From Candidatus Firestoneibacteriota bacterium (GTDB lineage Bacteria > Oederibacteriota > D2-FULL-39-29 > JBDRBU01), in the NCBI GenBank assembly GCA_043822305.1, contig JBDRBU010000104.1, forward strand, positions 1-17,803: DNA of 17,803 nucleotides. The letters run 5' to 3'. This document shows positions 1 to 8,627 of this stretch, one piece after another. Each line of letters opens with the position of its first letter. Position 1 is the first letter of the stretch. The translations under genes and the position numbers were made by a program. Below the pieces are notes generated by a model. It was not told the DNA's origin, did no database searches, and worked only from the letters and a program-made list of their open reading frames with translations.

Positions 1-149
1 GATAAAATACACAGTGAAGAATTGAACTGTAAAAAGGTCAATATCCTAACCTTAAATTAGGATAAATTCAAATTAAAGGAGGCTTCAGGCAAAGGTAGAA
101 ATATTAAATAAATTTTCTACAATCAAACCTGAAGAACCGGAGAAATAAT

Positions 150-764
150 ATGAATAAAAAAAAGGCCCAAAAAATGTTTAAGGCAGCACTAACCTACTGT
201 GAGAAAAATCACAAAAGCGAACTTGAGTGTGCCAGGAACATTAACCCAGATACCTTTAAGAATTTAACCGTTAAAGAGTTTCTCGAAGAATACTGCTGGG
301 TTGTGTATACAAGTAATTTTAAAGTTAAGACAATTGAGGCATTATTCCCTCGATTACAGAAGGCATTCCTAAATTTTGATTTGGCAGCTCTTGCGCAAAT
401 GCGATCTCTTACGGCAGTACTTACAGTATTTAAAAACAAAATCAAGGCAAATTGCTTTTTCAAGGGAAGTAAGGCTATTGCTGCTGAAGGTTTTTCCACG
501 TTCAAAAGACGTCTTGAAAAACAAGGAATTAACATTCTGGAGGAGTTGCCCGGAATCGGGCCCATTACCAAGTGTCTACTTGCAAGGAACATTGGACTTG
601 CCGATGTAGAGAAGCGTGATATCTGGCTTAAACGTGCATCAAAGGCATGCAACGCAAGCGTTAGTGAATTTGTTACGTTTCTTAGTAAGCATAACAAGGA
701 GAAACGCGGTGTTGTCGATGTGGTAATTTGGCGATATGGTGCGGAAAAAAAGTTTGGTCTTTGA
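150..764 (+). CDS. HhH-GPD superfamily DNA glycosylase-like protein (Ogg2/8-oxoguanine glycosylase-like)
   Basis: 204 aa. HhH motif LEELPGIGPIT, then LARNIGLADVEKRDIWLKR and C-terminal VDVVIWRY, resembling the Ogg2 pattern GIGxK..FLRNVG..DV..IDRHILR..LDLYLW. GGAG upstream of the ATG. Confidence 0.65.
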   Translation: MNKKKAQKMFKAALTYCEKNHKSELECARNINPDTFKNLTVKEFLEEYCWVVYTSNFKVKTIEALFPRLQKAFLNFDLAALAQMRSLTAVLTVFKNKIKANCFFKGSKAIAAEGFSTFKRRLEKQGINILEELPGIGPITKCLLARNIGLADVEKRDIWLKRASKACNASVSEFVTFLSKHNKEKRGVVDVVIWRYGAEKKFGL

Positions 765-858
765 AACAAAGAGGGAACAAAATAAATAAAATAATAATTT
801 AAGTAAGAAAGAATAAGAGAAATAGTGATAGTAAATTGCAAGAACCCAAGGAGGATAC

Positions 859-1050
859 ATGACTGAGAAAGATGTTGAAGTAGTAAAAGCAGATCCCGCA
901 AAGAAAGCATCATTCGGTGGAAAGATAATAAAGTGGAGCAAAGTAAAAGATGTAAGGATTGGAGAGATTTTCGGAGATAAAGATTGTGGGATGGGTGAAC
1001 AGATAAAGTTAATCTGGGCATTCATAAAGAAGAATAAAATTAACGAGTAG
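859..1050 (+). CDS. Small basic protein resembling half of a SWIB/MDM2 domain
   Basis: 63 aa with strong RBS AAGGAGG. IGEIFGDKDCGMGEQIKLIWAFIKKNKI resembles the SWIB segment LaxivG....r.eviKklWaYIKknnL. Confidence 0.5.
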   Translation: MTEKDVEVVKADPAKKASFGGKIIKWSKVKDVRIGEIFGDKDCGMGEQIKLIWAFIKKNKINE

Positions 1051-1058
1051 TTTAAAGA

Positions 1059-1082
1059 TGGGCGGGTAGAAATGCCTGTCCA
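1059..1082 (+). terminator. Stem-loop (terminator or REP-like) downstream of the small ORF
   Basis: TGGGCGGGTA-GAAA-TGCCTGTCCA: 10-bp stem with G-U pairs and a GNRA loop. No U-tract follows. Confidence 0.4.
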
Positions 1083-1124
1083 ACCCTGTACCATTCGCAA
1101 GGCTCAGGTACAGAACAAGTTTAA
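1082..1124 (+). repeat. REP-like repeat family A, copy 1
   Basis: AACCCTGTACCATTCGCAAGGCTCAGGTACAGAACAAGTTTAA. Stem CTGTACC/GGTACAG. Near-identical copies at 10734 and 10838. Confidence 0.85.
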
Positions 1125-1181
1125 TAGAAAAGAGAGTAGAAGAATTAGAAACAAATAAGCACAGATGAAGGGAGTGAAAAA

Positions 1182-1829
1182 ATGAAAAAAATGGTATCTG
1201 TCCCTATTTTAATTTTGATGATTGGGGGGTGTGCACCTGCATATAAAATTATTGTTAAAATGAATCCTGTGACAGATAGTGAAGAAAATATTAAAGATAA
1301 TGTAAAGATTACAGCAGTTTATCAAGATAGAGATAATTTAGAAAAAATTATTCCTTATATAAACAGGAATCCATATCTAAGCGAAAATAAGGTTCTTTTT
1401 ACAGTTTTTGAAATTGTTGTAGAAAATAATAGAGATGATAAAATAGAGATAGATACCTCTAAATGTGTTTTGTTGGATGGTCTAGGTAATCAATATAATG
1501 CGTTTTCTTTAACATATTTTGAAAGTTTATATCCAGCCACAACTACTCAGTATTATACTTATTCTCCTGCGTTTAACGAGTATTCTCCAAATGTTGCTTA
1601 TACAGATGATTATTATAAGAAAAATATGGCAGGAAAAACTTTATTTAAAAATGGCGATATGTTTTCTAAGGTAGTTAGTAAAGGTTTTCTGGTGTTTGAG
1701 TCAGTAGGGAGAGAGTCTTCTAATATAACTTTAATAATTCCTTGTGTTAAAATATTCAAAGATAATCAAGAGATAGAAAAGATAGATTTTAAATTTAAAT
1801 TTTCACAAGAAGTGTATGTTGGTAAATAA
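1182..1829 (+). CDS. Putative lipoprotein (DUF4352-like beta-sandwich)
   Basis: Signal peptide MKKMVSVPILILMIGG-C with a lipobox-like Cys. Segments FEIVVENN, VLLDGLGNQY and KGFLVFE are typical of DUF4352-like Ig folds. RBS GGGAG. Confidence 0.6.
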   Translation: MKKMVSVPILILMIGGCAPAYKIIVKMNPVTDSEENIKDNVKITAVYQDRDNLEKIIPYINRNPYLSENKVLFTVFEIVVENNRDDKIEIDTSKCVLLDGLGNQYNAFSLTYFESLYPATTTQYYTYSPAFNEYSPNVAYTDDYYKKNMAGKTLFKNGDMFSKVVSKGFLVFESVGRESSNITLIIPCVKIFKDNQEIEKIDFKFKFSQEVYVGK

Positions 1830-1880
1830 AGTGGGGAAAGTAAGTAAAGTAAAGAAAGTAAAGGAAATAAAGGAAGTAGA

Positions 1881-4586
1881 ATGAAAAAAGAACTTTCTAA
1901 AAGATATGACCCTAAGGATGTAGAGAAAAAATGGTATAAGATTTGGCTCTCTAAGAATTATTTCCATTCTGATGTTGATTCAAAAAAACCTTCGTTTTCT
2001 TTAGTGATTCCGCCACCAAATATAACTGGTGCTCTTCATATAGGACATGCATTAAATAATACACTTCAGGATATAATTGCTCGTTTTAAAAGAATGCAGG
2101 GTTTTAATGTTTTGTGGCTTCCGGGAGTAGACCATGCAGGAATTGCTACTCAAAATGTTATAGAGAAAGAATTGGTAAAAGAGGGCCAGACTCGGGATAG
2201 TCTGGGAAGAGAAAAGTTTGTAAAAAAAGTATGGGAATGGAAAGAAAAATATGGAAATACTATTATAAATCAACTTCAAGAATTAGGGTGCTCTTGTGAT
2301 TGGAGTAGGACCAGATTCACCATGGATGAGGGTTTATCTAATGCGGTTAAAGAGGTATTTGTCCAACTTTATAAAGAAGGTTTAATATATAGAGATAATT
2401 ATATAATTAATTGGTGCCCTCGATGCAAAACGGCACTTTCTGATATAGAAGTTGAACATAAAGAAATTAAGGGAAATTTTTATTTTATCAAATATCCAGT
2501 GAAGAATAAGGAAGATGAACATATCACTGTGGCTACAACTAGACCTGAAACAATGTTAGGAGATACGGCTGTGGCTATTAATCCCAACGATAAAAGATGG
2601 GTTGGTTTAATTGGTAAAACTCTAAGACTACCTATAATGGATAGAGAAATTCCTGTAATTACTGATGATAAGATTGATATGACCATGGGAACTGGTGCCG
2701 TGAAGGTTACTCCTGCTCATGACGCGGATGATTTTGAAACAGGCAAAACACATAAATTGCCATCTATAAATATAATGAATTCTGATGCAACCATGAATGG
2801 GAATGCTGGAAAATATAAAGGTCTAGATAGATATGTTGCCAGAAAAGAAATAGTAAATGAATTGCAAAAGTTGGGTTTATTGGTAAAAATAGAAGACCAT
2901 ACACATTCGGTTGGCCATTGTTATAGGTGTAATACGGTTATAGAGCCAACTTTTTCACTTCAATGGTTTATAAGGATAAAGCCACTGGCCGAACCAGCAA
3001 TTAAAGCCGTAAAAGAAGGGAAAATAAAATTCATACCCGAATCATGGACAGCAACTTATTACAATTGGATGGAGAATATTAAGGATTGGTGTATTTCCAG
3101 ACAGTTATGGTGGGGACACAGGTTACCGGTATGGTATTGTAATAGTTGTGATGAAATAAATGTGGCCAATGAGAAGCCGGAGAAATGTCAAAAATGTGGT
3201 GGTGACAAATTAAAACAAGATCCGGATGTGTTAGATACCTGGTTTTCTTCTGCTTTATGGCCATTTTCAACACTTGGTTGGCCAGATAATACACCTGAAT
3301 TAAAAGTGTTTTATCCTACATCTATTCTTTCAACAGGTTTTGATATAATATTTTTCTGGGTGGCTAGAATGATCATGATGGGATTAAAATTTAAAAATGA
3401 TGTTCCATTTAAAGAGGTTTATATACATGCTTTAATTCGAGATATAGAAGGTAAAAAAATGAGCAAGTCAAAAGGGAATGTTTTAGACCCTCTTGTTGTT
3501 ATAGATAAGTATGGGACAGATGCGTTAAGATTTACTTTAGGAATCTTAGCCGCACAAGGAAGAGATATTTATCTTTCAGAGGATAGAATTGAAGGTTATA
3601 GAAATTTTGCAAATAAGATATGGAATGCATCAAGGTTTGTTTTGATGAATTTAGATGGATTTAATAAGGGTAATATAAAAATAGAAAAAATGAAGTTAAC
3701 CCTAAGAGATAGATGGATCATAAGCAAATTCAATAGATTAATAAATGAGACGACAAATTTTTTGAATACTTATAACTTTGATAAAGCAGCTCAAGGAATT
3801 TATGAATTTTTATGGCATGAATTTTGTGATTGGTATATAGAGATTTCGAAACCGAGTTTAAATAAAGATGTTTATGAAAATTTGCCACAAGATGGTGGAC
3901 ATTCCCCAAGAGAAACAACCCAGCATATTTTATGTGATATACTTGAGCGGACATTAAGGTTGCTTCATCCTTTCATGCCATTTATTACAGAAGAAATCTG
4001 GCAGTATCTTCCACATGAGGGAGATAGTATTATGGTGTCATCATATCCAACTTACAATAAGGGTGAAATAAATGAAGATGTTGAGAAAGAAATGGAACTA
4101 ATTAAAAATGTGATAATCGCTATAAGAAATATTAGAAGCGAAGTTAAAACAAATCCCTCAAATAAAGTTGATGTATGGATAAGAAGTGATGAAAAAGAAA
4201 TCTTAAAAGTTATAGAAAATAATTCTAATTATATTACTGATTTAGCAAAAGTATCAACATTAAAAGCAGGTGCTAAATTGGAAAAACCGAATGTATGTGT
4301 AACGGCTGTCCTGCCCAAATTAGAAATTTTTGTTTTATTAAAAGAAGCTGTTGATTTGCAAAAAGAAAGAGAAAAGTTAAATAAAGAGATAGAAAAAATC
4401 ACTAAAGAATTAATTAGTATAAAGAAAAAATTTGCAAATGAAGAATTTTTACAAAAAGCACCGGCTAAAGTTATAGCCGATGAAAAATTAAAGCAGAAGG
4501 AATTACTTGATAAGAAAGAGAAATTGGTTGAAAATTTAAAAAGGATAGAGAATCTCGTTAATGGGGATAAAGCAGATAATACATAA
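1881..4586 (+). CDS. valS: Valine--tRNA ligase
   Basis: 901 aa. PPPNITGALHIGH (HIGH motif), DWCISRQLWWGH, DVLDTWFSS, KMSKS and a C-terminal coiled coil. Confidence 0.99.
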   Translation: MKKELSKRYDPKDVEKKWYKIWLSKNYFHSDVDSKKPSFSLVIPPPNITGALHIGHALNNTLQDIIARFKRMQGFNVLWLPGVDHAGIATQNVIEKELVKEGQTRDSLGREKFVKKVWEWKEKYGNTIINQLQELGCSCDWSRTRFTMDEGLSNAVKEVFVQLYKEGLIYRDNYIINWCPRCKTALSDIEVEHKEIKGNFYFIKYPVKNKEDEHITVATTRPETMLGDTAVAINPNDKRWVGLIGKTLRLPIMDREIPVITDDKIDMTMGTGAVKVTPAHDADDFETGKTHKLPSINIMNSDATMNGNAGKYKGLDRYVARKEIVNELQKLGLLVKIEDHTHSVGHCYRCNTVIEPTFSLQWFIRIKPLAEPAIKAVKEGKIKFIPESWTATYYNWMENIKDWCISRQLWWGHRLPVWYCNSCDEINVANEKPEKCQKCGGDKLKQDPDVLDTWFSSALWPFSTLGWPDNTPELKVFYPTSILSTGFDIIFFWVARMIMMGLKFKNDVPFKEVYIHALIRDIEGKKMSKSKGNVLDPLVVIDKYGTDALRFTLGILAAQGRDIYLSEDRIEGYRNFANKIWNASRFVLMNLDGFNKGNIKIEKMKLTLRDRWIISKFNRLINETTNFLNTYNFDKAAQGIYEFLWHEFCDWYIEISKPSLNKDVYENLPQDGGHSPRETTQHILCDILERTLRLLHPFMPFITEEIWQYLPHEGDSIMVSSYPTYNKGEINEDVEKEMELIKNVIIAIRNIRSEVKTNPSNKVDVWIRSDEKEILKVIENNSNYITDLAKVSTLKAGAKLEKPNVCVTAVLPKLEIFVLLKEAVDLQKEREKLNKEIEKITKELISIKKKFANEEFLQKAPAKVIADEKLKQKELLDKKEKLVENLKRIENLVNGDKADNT

Positions 4587-5379
4587 TGCATTAAGGGAAG
4601 ATATTGGTAAGGGAGATATAACCAGTATAGCGATTATTCCGTGTGATTTAAATATTAAAGCGATTATTGTTGCCAGGGAAAATGGTAAACTTGCCGGACT
4701 AAATATTGCAAAAGAAGTTTTTAAAATTATAGATAAAAAAATAAAGTTTAATTTAAAAGTAAAAGAAGGAAGTTATATAAAATCTGGCCAAGTCTTAGCC
4801 GAGATATTTGGCCAGGCCAGAAGTATATTGTCCTCCGAGAGAGTTGCTTTAAACTTTTTGCAAAGACTGTCCGGCATAACAACTTTAACCGATAAGTTTG
4901 TAAAAAAGATTAAATCTTCTAAAATAAAAATTCTTGATACAAGAAAAACAACGCCAAACCTGCGTCTTTTAGAAAAATATGCTGTTAAAATGGGTGGGGG
5001 ATTTAATCATAGATTTGGACTTTTTGATGGGATGTTAATAAAAGATAATCATATACAGATTGCCGGAGGTATTAATAATGCCATAGAAAAAGCAAGGAAG
5101 AAGTATCCTAAAATGAAAATAGAAGTAGAAGCACAAAGTTTAAAAGAAGTTAAAGAATCTTTAAAAGCTAATTTTAATGTTATCATGCTTGACAATATGA
5201 ATATTCCAGATTTAAGAAAAGCAATAAAGCTAATAAATGGTAAATATAAAATAGAAGTTTCAGGAGGTGTAAGGTTAAACAATATATCAAAAATTTCACA
5301 ATTAAAAATAGATTATATATCAATAGGTGCCTTAACCCATTCAGCAAAAAGTTTAAATATGAGTTTAGATATTAAATAG
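4561..5379 (+). CDS. nadC: Nicotinate-nucleotide pyrophosphorylase (quinolinate phosphoribosyltransferase)
   Basis: ALREDIGKGDITS, ERVALNFLQRLSGI, DTRKTTP, HRFGLFDGMLIKDNH, IMLDNM, EVSGG, ISIGALTHS. Overlaps the valS end by 26 nt. Confidence 0.98.
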   Translation: MGIKQIIHNALREDIGKGDITSIAIIPCDLNIKAIIVARENGKLAGLNIAKEVFKIIDKKIKFNLKVKEGSYIKSGQVLAEIFGQARSILSSERVALNFLQRLSGITTLTDKFVKKIKSSKIKILDTRKTTPNLRLLEKYAVKMGGGFNHRFGLFDGMLIKDNHIQIAGGINNAIEKARKKYPKMKIEVEAQSLKEVKESLKANFNVIMLDNMNIPDLRKAIKLINGKYKIEVSGGVRLNNISKISQLKIDYISIGALTHSAKSLNMSLDIK

Positions 5380-5398
5380 GGACAGACACCCTATTTTT
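5374..5398 (+). repeat. REP-like repeat family B hairpin, possible terminator
   Basis: AAATAGGG-ACAGACA-CCCTATTT(TT): perfect 8-bp stem. Core GGGACAGACACC is identical at 12624-12635, with related reverse copies at 5736 and 6933. Confidence 0.7.
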
Positions 5399-5408
5399 AG
5401 GAGGAAAT

Positions 5409-5693
5409 ATGGACAATATATTCAGGAAAGCATTTTTGGCCGGTTTAGGTGCAGTTGCTTTAACTGAAAAAGCAGGGAAAAAATTGCTTAAAGAACTTGT
5501 GAAAAAAGGAGCAGTATCAGAAAAAGAGGCAGGGAAAATAATTAAAGAAGTTGTTAAGAAAGCTAAAAAAGAGAAAAAAGATTTAGCCAATAAGATAGTA
5601 ACAGAAACCAAAAAAATAGTTGAGAAAGCAAGTGTGAAAGCGATAGAGGGACTTAATAAATTAGAGAAAGAATTAAGTAAAAAAGACAAATAA
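5409..5693 (+). CDS. Phasin-family / PHA granule-associated-like protein
   Basis: 94 aa. KAFLAGLGAVALTEK..LLKELVKKGAVSEKEA is the typical phasin-like N-terminus. RBS AGGAGG. Lies upstream of an ABC1/UbiB kinase, a commonly seen pairing. Confidence 0.8.
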   Translation: MDNIFRKAFLAGLGAVALTEKAGKKLLKELVKKGAVSEKEAGKIIKEVVKKAKKEKKDLANKIVTETKKIVEKASVKAIEGLNKLEKELSKKDK

Positions 5694-5735
5694 AAGGGGT
5701 CAGAGTCGATTAAATTATCTCTTAGCGAAAAGTAT

Positions 5736-5758
5736 AAAAATGGTCGCTGTCCCTATTT
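5736..5758 (+). repeat. Left copy of a 23-bp direct repeat flanking the nuclease gene (family B, reverse orientation)
   Basis: AAAAATGGTCGCTGTCCCTATTT, 22/23 identical to 6933-6955. Confidence 0.85.
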
Positions 5759-5855
5759 ATTTATTCTATTTATTTATTTCTATTTATTTCGTTGGGACTT
5801 CTTTTATGCTTGAGCCGTTAGTCAACATTGAAAACGAAAAAGGAGAAGATGTAAA

Positions 5856-6926
5856 ATGGAATTAAATGATTTTGTTAATTCGATCAAAGAAAAAGTTCCA
5901 GGTTTTAAAAGTAAAAATATTAACGAAGGACAAACAAAAGAATGGTTAATAAAACCTTTTTTTGAAGTATTAGGATGGCAATTTTCCAATCCAAATGAAG
6001 TTGTTCCAGAAGATGATGATTCGACCGGAAAAAAACCAGATTTCGGTTTTTATTTCAATGATAGTGTTAAATTTTTTCTAGAAGCAAAATCAATTAATAA
6101 TCCACTTGATGATTTAAGGATGATATCTGAAAAGATAAATTATTGTAATAATGCTAATGTGCCATTTCTAATAATTACAAATGGGATAAATTATAAAATC
6201 TATTATATTGGTTTAAAAGGAAGTGGAAAAGATAAACTTTTACAAGAATTTTCTATATTGGAAGATATAGATGATGAAATTATAATGATGCTAACAAAAG
6301 AGGCTTTTAATGATGATCAATTATATGATTATGCAAAAAGAAAATATATTTTTGTGAATGTCAAAACTGCCCTAGAAAACATTTTTCAAAAACCGCATAA
6401 GAAAATTATTGATAAAATAAACAATGAGATAAGAACAATCTTAGGACATAAATTTGGAGATGATGAAATAAAAGAAGCGTTAAAAAGTTTTAATTTAACC
6501 ATAAATCTTAATATGTTTGAGGAAAACGATAAAAAGGATGATTCGAAAAAACCAGATGAAAACAATATCTATACTATTGAAAATCAATTTAAAAGTGGTA
6601 AATGGGTTAATAGCTATGATTTATATAATAAACTAAAGAAATATTTGAATAAAAACAATATTAGATTTGTAGAAAATCCTACAAAGTCTTATATCGGTAT
6701 ACTTGATAAAGATAATAATTACTTTCAAGTGCATGGTCAAAAATCTGGCTTAAAATTATTTATTAATATTGATTATTCAGAACTCTCTGAACAAGAAAAA
6801 TTAAAAACAAGAGATGTTAGTGAGATCGGTCGCTCGGGAATTGGTAATACAGAGTGTATAATAAAGAATGAAAATGATTTTGATTGGCTTTTAGGAATTA
6901 TTAGAAAAGCATACGATAAAATATAA
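5856..6926 (+). CDS. HsdR_N-like PD-(D/E)xK nuclease fused to a C-terminal DUF5655-like domain (predicted restriction endonuclease)
   Basis: NEGQTKEWLIKPFFEVLGW..EVVPE..KPDFG..FLEAK..IITNG is the HSDR_N pattern. C-terminal PTKSYIG..QKSGLKLFIN..RDVSEIG.SG.GNTECII..IRKAYD is DUF5655-like. RBS AAGGAG. Confidence 0.8.
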   Translation: MELNDFVNSIKEKVPGFKSKNINEGQTKEWLIKPFFEVLGWQFSNPNEVVPEDDDSTGKKPDFGFYFNDSVKFFLEAKSINNPLDDLRMISEKINYCNNANVPFLIITNGINYKIYYIGLKGSGKDKLLQEFSILEDIDDEIIMMLTKEAFNDDQLYDYAKRKYIFVNVKTALENIFQKPHKKIIDKINNEIRTILGHKFGDDEIKEALKSFNLTINLNMFEENDKKDDSKKPDENNIYTIENQFKSGKWVNSYDLYNKLKKYLNKNNIRFVENPTKSYIGILDKDNNYFQVHGQKSGLKLFINIDYSELSEQEKLKTRDVSEIGRSGIGNTECIIKNENDFDWLLGIIRKAYDKI

Positions 6927-6932
6927 CAAATA

Positions 6933-6955
6933 AAAAATGGTCGCTGTCACTATTT
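6933..6955 (+). repeat. Right copy of the 23-bp direct repeat
   Basis: AAAAATGGTCGCTGTCACTATTT, ending 1 nt before the ubiB ATG. Confidence 0.85.
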
Positions 6956-6956
6956 T

Positions 6957-8627
6957 ATGGATATAATTAAAATAACTAAAACATATAGAAATTTAAAAAG
7001 ATTAACAGAAATTGCAAATGTTTTGTTTAAATATGGATTTGAGTATTTGGTGGACAGGATGAATTTAATACATCTTATCCCTTTTAGAAAAAGAATAAAG
7101 TTAATAGAACATAAAGAAGAAAAATTTGAAATTGGTGAGAAATTAAAACTGATATGCGAAGAACTTGGTACAACTTTTATTAAATTTGGGCAGATTTTAA
7201 GTTTAAGAACAGATATTTTCCCTGAAAATGTGACTAATGAGCTTTCAAAACTTCAGGATGAAGTTAAACCTTTTTCTTATAAGGAAGCAAAGGTAGTTTT
7301 GGAAAAAGAATATAAAGTTAAATTAGAAGAAATATTTTCTTATTTTAAAGAAACTCCATATGCTTCTGCTTCTATTTCTCAGGTTCATTTTGCAACTTTA
7401 AAATCAACAAAAGAAAAAGTTATAGTAAAAGTTCAAAGACCAAACATAGAAAAGGAAGTGAAACAAGATATTGATATTTTGTATTATTTAGCCCATCTTA
7501 TTGAAAAATACTTCCCTGAATTCAAAGTATATAATCCATCAGGAATAGTAGAAGAATTTGAAAAAACAATTTATAGAGAATTAGATTTTACATATGAATT
7601 AAGTAATGCGGAAATGTTTAGAAAAATTTTTAAGGATAGCCAAACAGTATATATTCCGAAAGTTTACTATGAGTATTCTTCAAAAAAAGTGTTAGTTATG
7701 GAATATCTTGATGGAATCAAGATTACATCTTGTGAGAGGGCAAAAAAAGTAGATAAAATTTTAGTAACATCTAATTTGATTAATGCATATCATGCTATGG
7801 TTTTTGAAAGCGGTTTTTTTCACGCTGACCCACATCCGGGTAATATATTTGTGCTAAAAGATAATAGAATAGGTTTTGTTGATTTCGGTATGGTTGGATA
7901 TATTAATGATAAGATATTAAAAAAACTTGCATATTTGTTTTTATCTTTTGTTGAAGAGGATTTAGATTTAAGAGAATATGAATGTCTTGGGATTATTGCT
8001 GAATACGAGGAAAATATAGAATATGAAAAAGAAACCATAGAACTTTTAAACAGATACCGTGGTTTTCCTTTACAGAAAATTGATATTAGTCGTGTTATCA
8101 GAGAATTATCCGAACTTGCTCGAAGATACGATTTTAGATTTCCAAGAGATTTGATGTTACTCGGTAAAACCTTGCTTACCATTGAAAGAATAGTCAGGGA
8201 TTTGAACCCTGGATTTAATTTTGTAGTTGCCGGAGAACCTTTTGCGAGAAAGTTTATTGAAAGAAACTTACAGCCAAAGATGATATTAAAAGAAGCAGAA
8301 AGAAATATTTTATCGTTGTATCAATTCTTAAGAGATTTACCAAAGGAATTATCTGATATATTTAGAAAGATTAAAAAAGGTAATTTGAAAATAGAATTTG
8401 AACATATTGGTTTAGAACCTTTAATTAGCGAGATTGATAAAGCAACAAATAGACTTGCATTTAGTTTTATTATAGGTTCTTTAATAATAGGCTCGTCTAT
8501 AATTACATATGCTGGATTTGGACCTAAGATTTTTGGATTACCTGCTTATGGTATGGCAGGGTATCTTATAGCAGCGTTTCTGGGTTTATGGCTAATAATA
8601 GCCATCATTAAAGCCAATAAGTTATGA
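6957..8627 (+). CDS. ubiB: AarF/ABC1/UbiB family kinase
   Basis: ELGTTFIKFGQILSLR.D, ASASISQVH, VIVKVQRP, ELDF..E, VLVMEYLDG, GFFHADPHPGN, DFGMVG, plus two C-terminal TM helices. Confidence 0.93.
   Translation: MDIIKITKTYRNLKRLTEIANVLFKYGFEYLVDRMNLIHLIPFRKRIKLIEHKEEKFEIGEKLKLICEELGTTFIKFGQILSLRTDIFPENVTNELSKLQDEVKPFSYKEAKVVLEKEYKVKLEEIFSYFKETPYASASISQVHFATLKSTKEKVIVKVQRPNIEKEVKQDIDILYYLAHLIEKYFPEFKVYNPSGIVEEFEKTIYRELDFTYELSNAEMFRKIFKDSQTVYIPKVYYEYSSKKVLVMEYLDGIKITSCERAKKVDKILVTSNLINAYHAMVFESGFFHADPHPGNIFVLKDNRIGFVDFGMVGYINDKILKKLAYLFLSFVEEDLDLREYECLGIIAEYEENIEYEKETIELLNRYRGFPLQKIDISRVIRELSELARRYDFRFPRDLMLLGKTLLTIERIVRDLNPGFNFVVAGEPFARKFIERNLQPKMILKEAERNILSLYQFLRDLPKELSDIFRKIKKGNLKIEFEHIGLEPLISEIDKATNRLAFSFIIGSLIIGSSIITYAGFGPKIFGLPAYGMAGYLIAAFLGLWLIIAIIKANKL

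Noticed and set aside
1..60. Possible 3' end of an upstream gene (DKIHSEELNCKKVNILTLN*)
   Set aside because: Too short to assign a frame or product.
209..1100. Minus-strand ORFs 209-1021 and 639-1100, and + strand ORF 376-609
   Set aside because: They overlap better-supported + strand genes with RBS and motifs, and have no recognisable domain. They are shadow ORFs.
1830..1880. T-box riboswitch upstream of valS
   Set aside because: The intergenic gap is only 51 nt, with no T-box motif or stems.
5790..6931. Integron cassette reading of the nuclease gene (CCGTTAGTC upstream, ATATAACAAAT at the stop)
   Set aside because: The putative core and inverse-core sites are not complementary, GTTAGTC deviates from GTTRRRY, and no full attC hairpin or integrase is visible. 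At most a remnant.
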